A stretch of DNA of 41,584 nt from a virus (taxonomy: Duplodnaviria > Caudoviricetes), in IMG/VR virus record IMGVR_UViG_3300033407_000048, positions 1-41,584 of that record. The stretch is one strand, 5' to 3'. Below, piece by piece: positions 32,857-41,584 of the stretch (the first letter of the stretch is position 1; each line of letters begins with the position of its first letter). Below the pieces are notes generated by a model. That model did no database searches. It was given only the letters and a program-made list of their open reading frames with translations, and was not told the DNA's origin. A program made the translations under genes and the position numbers.

Positions 32857-33870
32857 ATGTCACTCGCCACAACGCTCGCCCCGTGGCAGAGACGGGGCCT
32901 TTATATCGGGAAGCAGACCGTGATCGGTACGGCGGTACGAACCTCCATGTTGATCGCGAACGAACGGACACGCGCATTACCGGGAAAGAACCGACAGATT
33001 GCGGCCGTCGGACACACCGGGCGAGGCGTGCCGCACAAGGTGGATGCGGATTACATTCAAGGATCGGTGATTCCGAAGGTGATCGACACCGAGCACTCTT
33101 TGAGTGCAACACTCGCGCATCACATTTTCATGCTGATGTTTCAGGCCAACACGGTGAACGTCGGGACGCTCTACGATTACGATCCGTACACGACGCCTGC
33201 CGTGTCGAAGTGGGCAACGCTCATCGGAAAGGGGTTTCAAGGTTCCGGTGTGCATGAGAACTGGGAGGCGCTCGGTGCGGTAATCTCGCGCTGTCAGATT
33301 CGGATGATGAACGCCAGCAACGCCGATGGCGGAGACGTCATAGCCCGGCTCAGTTGGGACGCCGCGAACGCGAACCTTGACACGGCCGACCCTACGAGCG
33401 GGACGGACGATGCGACGCCCTACGCACGGACGAATGATTGCGGGCTGACCATGGACGCCGGTGGCGGTGGCGCATTGATCAAATTCGTCGAGGCGACCAT
33501 CGACATTGCGAACAACGCGACGAAGGTCCCGACAAACAACCTCACGGCCGAAGCGCACAATCTCGGAGAATGCGCGATCACGGGGTCCGTGAAGGTGTTG
33601 CTGTCGAGCACGTCGACAGATCCTGCGGCGATGCTTTACACCGCGTTTCGAGACAAGACGGAAGTCCAACTGACGTGGACTTGGGCTGGTGGCTCCATCG
33701 GTACGAGCAACGTCATCACCTTGGGCACTTTCTTCTGCTGGATCACGGGAGAACCGGAGGAGGAAGTGCAAGGCGGCGTCTCTCTCGCAACGTTCCCGTT
33801 CGAGGTTCGCGAATCTGCTAACGGCTCCTATCAATTCCAAGTCAACAACGGAGCCGTGTTCACCTGGTAA
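32857..33870 (+). CDS. Major tail tube protein
   Basis: LYIGKQT..GTAV, IDIANN, ITGSV; between terminator and chaperone. Confidence 0.8.
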   Translation: MSLATTLAPWQRRGLYIGKQTVIGTAVRTSMLIANERTRALPGKNRQIAAVGHTGRGVPHKVDADYIQGSVIPKVIDTEHSLSATLAHHIFMLMFQANTVNVGTLYDYDPYTTPAVSKWATLIGKGFQGSGVHENWEALGAVISRCQIRMMNASNADGGDVIARLSWDAANANLDTADPTSGTDDATPYARTNDCGLTMDAGGGGALIKFVEATIDIANNATKVPTNNLTAEAHNLGECAITGSVKVLLSSTSTDPAAMLYTAFRDKTEVQLTWTWAGGSIGTSNVITLGTFFCWITGEPEEEVQGGVSLATFPFEVRESANGSYQFQVNNGAVFTW

Positions 33871-33889
33871 CATCGAAAGGGGTATCGAC

Positions 33890-34282
33890 ATGATCCGATG
33901 GCTGAATGACGAAGGAATCGAGGTTATCTTCCCAGACGATCCCGCACCGGACGACAGTAAGACGGTGATTCTTGGGCGGCAGATGACGCGCCGTGAGGCG
34001 AACATCGCGGACCAGATCATCAAGAAACGCGTCAGAGATTACACGCGGGCACGGAGTGACGAGGACCCGGTCGCACTCGCGAACATTATCTCCGAAGCCG
34101 AACTGGACCAGGTCTGTTCTTGCATATCAGAGATCCGCAATGCCCCGGACGGGGAGACGCTTACGGATCCGAACCTGATCCGGTCAGTTCTCGCGAAGCG
34201 TTTGAACAACCGGATGTTCGCGTATCTCTTCCAGGGACTCGTCGAAGGATCGCGGTTGGAGACGCTGGAAAAAAAAGACTAG
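33890..34282 (+). CDS. Tail assembly chaperone (gpG-like)
   Basis: Position; ends GAA AAA AAA GAC TAG slippery site. Confidence 0.8.
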   Translation: MIRWLNDEGIEVIFPDDPAPDDSKTVILGRQMTRREANIADQIIKKRVRDYTRARSDEDPVALANIISEAELDQVCSCISEIRNAPDGETLTDPNLIRSVLAKRLNNRMFAYLFQGLVEGSRLETLEKKD

Positions 34283-34755
34283 GGCTCCTGGCTGAACTCG
34301 TCTCCATGCGGGCCTCGGACCTTGCGGAACCTGGCAGAGAGGATCTGTTCGATTGTCGCGTGTGTCGCGGATATGAACTGCACATCAAGGAGAGGGTATG
34401 TTTCCTCGACCGCGAGACCGCGCTGTTCCACCGGGATACCGTCTACCTGACGCTCTCGATGGACGATGTTCTATCCTTCTCCGGCGAGGAAGGGATTGTC
34501 TCATCGGTGACCTCGTGGAAGGAAGCCGGCACGCTGAAGAGCTGTTGCCCTGTACCCGCCGTTCATCTTCATCCCGACACACTCGAAATCTCGCACCTGG
34601 AAACAGAGTGGGAGAATTACGGCCACGCGCCACTTCCAACGCACCGAGACGACTGGCCGGCCGAAGCGGTCGACGCCATGCGCTACATGCGCCAAGCACG
34701 CGCCCGGGTGGAATCGGAACGCGTGCGCGCGATCAAACAGAAGGGCGATAAGTGA
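34276..34755 (+). CDS. -1 frameshift extension of tail chaperone (gpGT-like)
   Basis: A8 at 34269-34276; -1 frame open to tape-measure start; CxxC and CCP motifs. Confidence 0.75.
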   Translation, partial: RLGLLAELVSMRASDLAEPGREDLFDCRVCRGYELHIKERVCFLDRETALFHRDTVYLTLSMDDVLSFSGEEGIVSSVTSWKEAGTLKSCCPVPAVHLHPDTLEISHLETEWENYGHAPLPTHRDDWPAEAVDAMRYMRQARARVESERVRAIKQKGDK

Positions 34756-36875
34756 GCCGCGTCAAGACCGTTTGGGACATCGAGACCGGCGGCGAGGAGC
34801 AGCTCCGCAAGGTCGTCACGATTCTCGAGGACATCCGAGACGCCGAGTCCAGGATCGGTCAAGGGGGCGCTGTCGGGGGTGGGCGCAGGGGCGGTGGTGG
34901 TGGTGGTGGGGCCGGTGGATTCATCGCCCTGGGCGCGACCATCGGGACCGTCATTGTCGCTGCAAAGGCCGTATCGGAAGCGGTCGAACGTGTCGGCCGG
35001 ACCGTCGTTGGCGTCGGCCGGTCCATCGTCGGAGCGACGAGTGATTTCGAGGTCATCGGCGTCCAGTTCGAGACGATTCTCGGTTCCGCGTCCGCCGCTC
35101 AAGTCCGCCTCGAGGAGCTTGCCGAGTTCGCCGCCAAAACGCCGTTCGAGATGGAAGGCATCGCCCGGGCGGATCGGCTCCTGCAGATCTTCGGCGGGGA
35201 CTTCCTGGCGACCGGCGACAACCTCCGGCTGACAGGAGACATCGCCGCTTCCGTCAACACCGACTTCGCCGAACTCGCCATGTGGGTTGGTCGGATGTAC
35301 GACGCGCTGCAATCCGGAAGGCCGTGGGGCGAGGCTGCGATGCGATTGCAAGAATTGGGTGTCATGTCCGGTGCTGTGCGGAGCAATCTAACGGAGATGA
35401 CAGAACAGGGCCGGAGTGGAATCGAAGTCTGGGGTGAGTTCGCGCGCGTCATGGATGAGCAATTCGGCGGGGGCATGGAACGTCTCGCCAAGACCTCGCA
35501 GGGTCTGTTCTCGACGTTGCGGGACGAAGTGACGTTGCTCAAGGTGGATCTCGGTAAGGGCGGGATTCTCGATCTCGTGAAGATCAACGTTGAGGAGACG
35601 ATTCGATTACTTGGATCGTTGCGAGAAGGCGGGCAGGCCACATCAATTGGTGAATCGCTCACATTGGTTCTGATCTCCGTGAATCTTCGATTCTTGGATC
35701 TCGTGGACACGGTGTCTACATTGGGTGACGAGATCGATGGCCTCATCCGAATCTCCAAGAAGTTTCTCGGAATAGGAATTGAACGACCAGAAGCTTTTTC
35801 TAATAACTTTATGGGGAAATTGCTGTCCAGCTCCGCGATCACCAACCCGTCCGAACAAGAAGATATGATCGAACGTGCTTTCGCCAGCACGATGACGTTT
35901 CGTGTTCCTGGTGGACCTGCATTCAATCTCCCGATCGGCGTTGACAAAGGACTCGACCGCACACAAGAGAAGATCCAAGGCGCCACCGACAAGATCCGTG
36001 AACGGCTCGAAGAACTTGCCGAGGAGATCAGATCAGGTCGTCACAGAATCAAAGAGGCGATCGACGAAGGCGCAGGGAAAATCCAGCCTTCTAAGCGCGG
36101 CGGCGGTGGCGGGGCGGCCGATTTCATTGGCCCGGAACTTCCGATCGATTTCTACGCGGAGCGCAACAAACGGGAACTCGAAGAGATGTTCCAAGGGCCG
36201 CCTGTCCCCGAAGACCTCTACGACAATGCCAAGTTGTCATTCCAGGAGTACCGACTCGAGGTGCTCGAAGGTTGGCAAGAGATGGGAATGGCCGGCGAGA
36301 TGGCCCTCCACGGTCTCGAGGGCTTGGCAACGGGAGTCTATCAATCCATCGAACGCGCGGCACGCATGGCAGGAGAGACCGAGCGGCTAACCAGATTGCA
36401 GGGGCTCGAGGTTGTGAAGTTCGTGGCGAAGTCGTCGCTCGCGTTTGCGATCGATGCGCTCGTAGAAGAAGCGAAACGACGCGCCGCTCTGGAGGTCATC
36501 AAGCTGCTCGGTGGCGATCTCTCAGCCGGGGCCCGGCTCGCCGGTTACAGCGCGTTCATCGGCGTGACGTCCGCGATCTCTGCTTCCGTTCGCGCATCGG
36601 CGGAACGTGAATTCATGGAGTCGTTGCCGGCGCGCCGCGGGTCGAATGGCAGAGATATCTCGTCCGTCGGTTCTACGGGTGGCGGGCGTACGGGGACAAC
36701 GTCACGTTCTGGCGTGTCCGTTGCCGGGCAGGCAGCCGTTGCCGGAACGCTGAATCTGACCGTCAACATCAATCATTACGGTGGGACGGTGTACGGGCGC
36801 GGGGGGATTAAGGAAATGGTGCGCGCGGAAGTGCTCGAAGAGATTCAACGCGCCCGAGATTACGGGGAGATCTGA
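34752..36875 (+). CDS. Tape measure protein
   Basis: FAAKTPFE, GDIAAS, FGGGME..T..GLFSTL.D tape-measure domain; helical. Confidence 0.9.
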   Translation: MSRVKTVWDIETGGEEQLRKVVTILEDIRDAESRIGQGGAVGGGRRGGGGGGGAGGFIALGATIGTVIVAAKAVSEAVERVGRTVVGVGRSIVGATSDFEVIGVQFETILGSASAAQVRLEELAEFAAKTPFEMEGIARADRLLQIFGGDFLATGDNLRLTGDIAASVNTDFAELAMWVGRMYDALQSGRPWGEAAMRLQELGVMSGAVRSNLTEMTEQGRSGIEVWGEFARVMDEQFGGGMERLAKTSQGLFSTLRDEVTLLKVDLGKGGILDLVKINVEETIRLLGSLREGGQATSIGESLTLVLISVNLRFLDLVDTVSTLGDEIDGLIRISKKFLGIGIERPEAFSNNFMGKLLSSSAITNPSEQEDMIERAFASTMTFRVPGGPAFNLPIGVDKGLDRTQEKIQGATDKIRERLEELAEEIRSGRHRIKEAIDEGAGKIQPSKRGGGGGAADFIGPELPIDFYAERNKRELEEMFQGPPVPEDLYDNAKLSFQEYRLEVLEGWQEMGMAGEMALHGLEGLATGVYQSIERAARMAGETERLTRLQGLEVVKFVAKSSLAFAIDALVEEAKRRAALEVIKLLGGDLSAGARLAGYSAFIGVTSAISASVRASAEREFMESLPARRGSNGRDISSVGSTGGGRTGTTSRSGVSVAGQAAVAGTLNLTVNINHYGGTVYGRGGIKEMVRAEVLEEIQRARDYGEI

Positions 36876-36879
36876 GAGC

Positions 36880-37908
36880 ATGGCGGTCGCCGATACGAGA
36901 TTCGCTGTCGGGATCCCAATCGGGAATCCAAACTTCGAGCATCCCAACGCCTCCGGCGTTCCGAAAGGATGGAGGATCGGCGCGAGTGTCTCCGGGCATA
37001 CCTTCGGCGTCGGGCGTCATCCGGCAAGCGCCGGCACCGCGTCCGCAGCGTATCGATATGGGACGGGCCGATCGCTCGTCATCGAACTGCAATCCGACAT
37101 GACCGGGATCGATGACACCGACGGAATTGAATCGCCGCTCACACCGGCCGGCGTAACACCGAAAGCCGGAACGTCCATCACTGTGTGCGGCGCGGCGATG
37201 ATGCGAGCGGACCAGGCGATCGGGACCGCCACAATCAGGCTCATTTTCCGCCAGTACAACGCCGCCGCGGCCAAGGTCGCGGATCAAACGATCCTCACGG
37301 TCTCGACAGGTCTCAGCACGACCTGGACCCTCTTCGAGGATGTCGCGACGTTCGCAACGCACGCGGATCTCAACATGTGCTCGCTGTTCATCTCGATCGA
37401 TACGAATTCCGATGCGGGCGACGAGATCTATCTCGATTTCGCGGGGCTCGGGTTCGTATTCGGCGCTTCGGATTGGATGTCCATGACGCGGGATTATGAC
37501 TCCAGCGGCTTCCTTCCGGAACGGTTGTCAGGCGCGCGTCGGCTCGGTGGCGGGTCGCCGTTCCGTCGGCGTGTCCGAAACATCGAGGAAGGGGTGATCG
37601 CTGCGCGGTGGCCGTATCGCGTGCGCGCGATGTCGCAGGCGGACGCTGAACTCCTCGATTTCTTGTGGGACGCGCAGCAAGGCGGGGGACGGGGCGCGGA
37701 TAATCCCTTAGCGGCCAACGACAATCAGTTGGGCGGGCACTCGTGGCCCCTCCTGATTCTCCCTGGCCGTGACGGGCTGAAGCAGGCGTTCTACGGGTCG
37801 ATGAACCTCGAGCGGTCCGGCATCGTGCCACACACGTCCGGCGGGTGGATCCCCGATCCGCCGATCTACGACGCCGACATTGTCTTCGAGGAAGAGGTCT
37901 ACCCGTAA
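36880..37908 (+). CDS. Distal tail protein with carbohydrate-binding-module-like insert
   Basis: Follows TMP; NPNFE..PKGW...WT...IYLD jelly-roll pattern. Confidence 0.6.
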   Translation: MAVADTRFAVGIPIGNPNFEHPNASGVPKGWRIGASVSGHTFGVGRHPASAGTASAAYRYGTGRSLVIELQSDMTGIDDTDGIESPLTPAGVTPKAGTSITVCGAAMMRADQAIGTATIRLIFRQYNAAAAKVADQTILTVSTGLSTTWTLFEDVATFATHADLNMCSLFISIDTNSDAGDEIYLDFAGLGFVFGASDWMSMTRDYDSSGFLPERLSGARRLGGGSPFRRRVRNIEEGVIAARWPYRVRAMSQADAELLDFLWDAQQGGGRGADNPLAANDNQLGGHSWPLLILPGRDGLKQAFYGSMNLERSGIVPHTSGGWIPDPPIYDADIVFEEEVYP

Positions 37909-40900
37909 ATGGCGCTCACGGCTCGACAGAGTTCCGGCCGCGCGGTGAACCATCGACTCGTTGTCGCGTTTCGTTCTGACGACGGCGTCTGGTGCGACAT
38001 CAACAAGCCCGTGAAGGTGGCGCACGATGACAACGGCGTCGACCGCGTGCTGAACGAGGATCAGGTTGAGATCGTCTTCAATGCCGAAAGCAATTACAGG
38101 AAGTTCGTAGCCAAGCCGTTCGACTTGAAACTCGACAACAACGATGCGTTCTTCAACACCACGTTACCGGTCACGATGTACGATGATACGGACACGGCGC
38201 GCACCATCAGTTCCGTCTACGGTGCAACGCTCCGGCTGAGTCTCGTCCCAACCGCGCGTGGAACCGGCTGGACATCCCGCCATCTCGGGATCTTCACGAT
38301 CGAGGACATGGAAGACGACGCCGACAGCGGCGTCTGCACCGTCACTCTGGCGAGCCCGCAGAAACGCTTTCAGGAACAGCCGGCGGATTCGATCATGGAC
38401 GGCGGATCCTGGTATGAGAGACGGTCCGCCGGCTACATCGCAAAGAAGATCGTTGAGCGGGTCTTCGGGAATGATGCGTCGTTCGCCACTGACTTTCCGC
38501 CCCCGTTGTTGGTCGATGGGGAGACTGGCGACGAAGTCGCCTTCGCCCACTACGGCAAACCCGGTGATCTAGACGAGACCGGAGATTACGTCTTCAACGA
38601 CGGGTTCATCCCAACATCAATGGCGGGTGACGATGATTTCCTTTACGTCGGTGGCGCGAACATGACCGGCCCGGGGACATTCAATGGACGGCTAGTGAAG
38701 GTCGAGAAAGCGACAGGAAAGGCGGAGACGATTCGATCGGAAGCCGGTGCAGATTCAACGATCGTTGTCATCGGCGTCGCACAAGGGAAGGTGTGGTTCT
38801 GGACGGTCGGGAACATCAACGACTCTGGATTCAGCGATCGTTTCTGTCGCGTCGGTGTGCTCCGTAATTGGGACATCACGACGGAGACGACGTCAGCGAT
38901 CATCTACTCGGGGTCGGTGTGGATCTGCCTCGATTCGTGGCGCACCATGTCGGCGCAGAGCCCGAACCCGTCATGGATCGGCGGGTTCGGCAACTTCAGA
39001 GGAGAGAATCTGTCCATCCCGTGTTGGCAGCAACCGATGGTGTGGGTCGACAATTCATCCCCCCCGATGTTCGCTCCTGTGACCACATTCGCAACGGGTC
39101 CGACCTACGACACGAACTTTGACCACATGGACAACACTCCGAACGTGTCTACGCAGGACACCGGATGGCGGCCTTCAGAATCCTTGAGCATTGCCAACCA
39201 CAACTACATCAGGACGGTCATCAATCCGTATCCCAAGGTCGCTGAGATCAAAGGAACCCTCATGCATTGGCTGCGCTACGATCGCGTATCCGATACATGG
39301 CGTCACTACAAATTGACGTTGTCGACTCTCGCAATCACGCAGATAACGCTCGATTTTGCGGCAACGAGCCCCGGCACGCATCCGACGCCCTATGATCTTA
39401 TGTTCCGGCGACAAGTGACGGCATGGGCTGTCGGGAACAGCCGGATCTATATCGCCTCAATGTCTTGGGAAGATGAGAACGCGGACGCCGACGTCGACAA
39501 CGTTCTATCGTCCTCGCGCGTCGACGAGTTCAATCTCGTTGGGACGTTCCAGTCCAACCATCATTCATGGTCTGTCGCAACGGCAATGTTCACCATCGTT
39601 TGGCTCGACGTCAGCCAACAGGTCGACGACGATTACCTGATCGGGTGCGTCTTCGATCGCCACAGCGGGCAGTTCGGGCTTACCTCATGGGACGAGAACG
39701 ATCCGACGGGGACTCTCAAGATTATGCATTCCGCGGGGCTGTTCCTGCCTATTTCATCCGGCCCGTTCATGGGGTGGAGTGAGATCTCATCCGGACTCTG
39801 GCATATCCTCGACTGCGCGAGTGGCAACGCGTGGGCGCTAGCTAAGGACCTCTCGACGGCGCAACAACTCGGATCCGGCTCGGCTGCACATGAACGCGAG
39901 ACGTGGCTTGCGTGTCCTGTGCTCGGCAAAAGTGAGGGCGTCTCATTCGGCATCACCGCGCCCTATGCGCCGATCTTCCCATACCCTTATGTCACGTCGA
40001 TGGATCCGGCTCACAACGCCGTCTGGTCCATGTGGGAATTATCGACTCGACGCTCGTTGTTGGTCGAGATCGCGGACTTCGAGGACAAGACCTGCGATGA
40101 GGCGTTGGATTGGCTGGTCGAACTCGCCGGTGATTACGTGATCGGATTCGATGTCGATTTTAAGTTTATCTTCCGACCGCGAAATCAGTCCCCCGCGTTC
40201 ACGCTGATTCCTGTTGGCGAAGGACTCGCGATCCGAGACGATTCCGAGTTCCAGGTATCGAATCTCGTCAGGCGGATCAATTACCGGAACATCGTAAACT
40301 CCGTCGAAGTCACGCCGTATCATGCAGAGGTCGTGGCGCTCGACATCAATTTCGACATCCAAGCGAACTCGACGCTCTCAACGTCCGTCGTCCCGATGGC
40401 AACGCAGTACGATAGACGGAGGAAGAGGATCGCGTTGCGGTGCGTCTCGAGCGGGACAATTGGACGGACCACGAGTCTCGACGACATCAACACACCGATC
40501 GATACGGACAACGACTCGACGTTGCTTTGGACTTGGGTGGAAGGCGTCGCGGAGATCATCGCGGAGACGAGTCAGAACCTCGACGGAGATACCACGATCG
40601 TTATCGTCGAAGGATTGCGCAACGGTCCAGGCCTCGAATCGGATCAGCGTTATCTCGGCAATGCAATCGTAACGGTTGGAGATTATTGCTACGTCGGCAC
40701 CGGTCCAGAGCGTCAGGTTACATCCTACTTCGGCAGTACAGGACTCGTGTTGAACGGGAACATGTTGACGACCGCCGACGTTGTTCCCGCACGGACCCGG
40801 GTTCGCATCATCCCTAAGAACGCGTCGCGCGGGGTGTCGTCAGAAGAGGGCATTACGACATTGGACGAGGATCTTGGGACGGTGGAGGGACTGATCACGC

Positions 40901-41584
40901 TCGTTTCCGTCAAAGCCATCAAGGTGGGAATGATTCTGCAAGTGAACGCAGAACGCATGCGCGTCACAAGCCTAATCAATGGGACAAATGATATCACGGT
41001 CGTCCGCGACGTTTTGGGAACAGAACCGACGACGCATTTAACGGGAGACACCGTGCGCGCGTACATTCATCCGGTGATCCCGAATGCCATGTATGAGGTC
41101 GGGGATACGTCCATAGCAATCGGGTTCCTCGTTGACACAGACGAGAATCTGGACCCCGAGGAGAGACGATTCTCTATCGGAGATCGGATCTCGATTGAAG
41201 CCTCAGGGGAGCGAGCGGTGAAAGCGCGGTACACGAAGATCACGGCCGACGAAGCCGTATCCATAGGCAAGTGGGGAAAGCGTACGGGGAACCGTCGGGC
41301 GGACGCCAATCGCTTGTTGAATTACGAACAGGCGCGATCCGTGGTGCGCAGCATCATCAACCTTCAAGCATTCCCACCTTACGAGATCGACTGCGACGTC
41401 CAGGAACTCGGGGCTCTCGATCTGTTCGGAGCCGTGTCCGTAGTGTCGCCGCGCGCGTTCCCGGATGAGACGGCGAACGAGGTGGATTTTCTCGTCGCGT
41501 CGATGCGGCTACGCGTCGCCGACGGTTCGACTAAGGTGAAGCTCAGATCCCTCACACCCGCAACGACGGACGCGGGCGGCGGGG
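37909..41584 (+). CDS. Large tail tip/hub protein, 1232 aa, continues across junction to stop at 150-152
   Basis: ATG right after previous TAA; frame reads open to contig end and ends ...GGGGGGGEIP* overlapping ATG 149; absent from ORF track. Confidence 0.85.
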   Translation, partial: MALTARQSSGRAVNHRLVVAFRSDDGVWCDINKPVKVAHDDNGVDRVLNEDQVEIVFNAESNYRKFVAKPFDLKLDNNDAFFNTTLPVTMYDDTDTARTISSVYGATLRLSLVPTARGTGWTSRHLGIFTIEDMEDDADSGVCTVTLASPQKRFQEQPADSIMDGGSWYERRSAGYIAKKIVERVFGNDASFATDFPPPLLVDGETGDEVAFAHYGKPGDLDETGDYVFNDGFIPTSMAGDDDFLYVGGANMTGPGTFNGRLVKVEKATGKAETIRSEAGADSTIVVIGVAQGKVWFWTVGNINDSGFSDRFCRVGVLRNWDITTETTSAIIYSGSVWICLDSWRTMSAQSPNPSWIGGFGNFRGENLSIPCWQQPMVWVDNSSPPMFAPVTTFATGPTYDTNFDHMDNTPNVSTQDTGWRPSESLSIANHNYIRTVINPYPKVAEIKGTLMHWLRYDRVSDTWRHYKLTLSTLAITQITLDFAATSPGTHPTPYDLMFRRQVTAWAVGNSRIYIASMSWEDENADADVDNVLSSSRVDEFNLVGTFQSNHHSWSVATAMFTIVWLDVSQQVDDDYLIGCVFDRHSGQFGLTSWDENDPTGTLKIMHSAGLFLPISSGPFMGWSEISSGLWHILDCASGNAWALAKDLSTAQQLGSGSAAHERETWLACPVLGKSEGVSFGITAPYAPIFPYPYVTSMDPAHNAVWSMWELSTRRSLLVEIADFEDKTCDEALDWLVELAGDYVIGFDVDFKFIFRPRNQSPAFTLIPVGEGLAIRDDSEFQVSNLVRRINYRNIVNSVEVTPYHAEVVALDINFDIQANSTLSTSVVPMATQYDRRRKRIALRCVSSGTIGRTTSLDDINTPIDTDNDSTLLWTWVEGVAEIIAETSQNLDGDTTIVIVEGLRNGPGLESDQRYLGNAIVTVGDYCYVGTGPERQVTSYFGSTGLVLNGNMLTTADVVPARTRVRIIPKNASRGVSSEEGITTLDEDLGTVEGLITLVSVKAIKVGMILQVNAERMRVTSLINGTNDITVVRDVLGTEPTTHLTGDTVRAYIHPVIPNAMYEVGDTSIAIGFLVDTDENLDPEERRFSIGDRISIEASGERAVKARYTKITADEAVSIGKWGKRTGNRRADANRLLNYEQARSVVRSIINLQAFPPYEIDCDVQELGALDLFGAVSVVSPRAFPDETANEVDFLVASMRLRVADGSTKVKLRSLTPATTDAGGG
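41456..41584. repeat. Terminal direct repeat, right copy
   Basis: Matches 1-129 apart from one base. Confidence 0.97.

Noticed and set aside
1-41584. tRNA genes, alternative genetic code, apparent GATC/TCGA excess
   Set aside because: No tRNA cloverleaf with T-loop seen; TAA, TAG and TGA all end coupled genes normally; word bias cannot be quantified by eye

Overview
Essentially complete tailed dsDNA phage genome of about 41,455 bp, high GC. Positions 4-129 repeat exactly at 41459-41584, so the contig is circular, and all credible genes lie on the + strand. Order from base 1: tail fibre/tip accessory genes (149-3628); lysis cassette with a TIGR02594-type endolysin (3681-5561); early region with sigma70-type promoters, many small genes, a PAPS-reductase-like protein, VRR-NUC, a PadR-like regulator, an ERF recombinase and PD-(D/E)XK nucleases (5635-19326); replication (19549-20993); TerS/TerL; a Mor-like activator; a Mu-like head module (portal, MuF, protease/scaffold, cement, major capsid); a non-contractile tail module (tube, frameshifting chaperone, tape measure, distal tail); and a 1232-aa tail-tip ORF that crosses the contig junction and is missing from the ORF track. 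I recognised no integrase, transposase, tail sheath, tRNA or CRISPR array. Most notable: (1) two structural-module proteins carry Sec signal peptides and D-(S/T)-x sequons like those of FCB/Bacteroidota O-glycosylation; (2) a probable slippage fusion portal-MuF-(inactive ParB) at an A10 run; (3) a regulatory layer made of a three-copy operator over early -35 boxes, a PadR-like gene, a promoter- and terminator-bounded ~75-nt sRNA complementary to the ERF ribosome-binding site, and several structured leader RNAs; (4) a stand-alone kinase-type membrane sensor domain in the lysis cassette; (5) several deletion scars. Family calls come from recognising motifs by eye, not from database searches.
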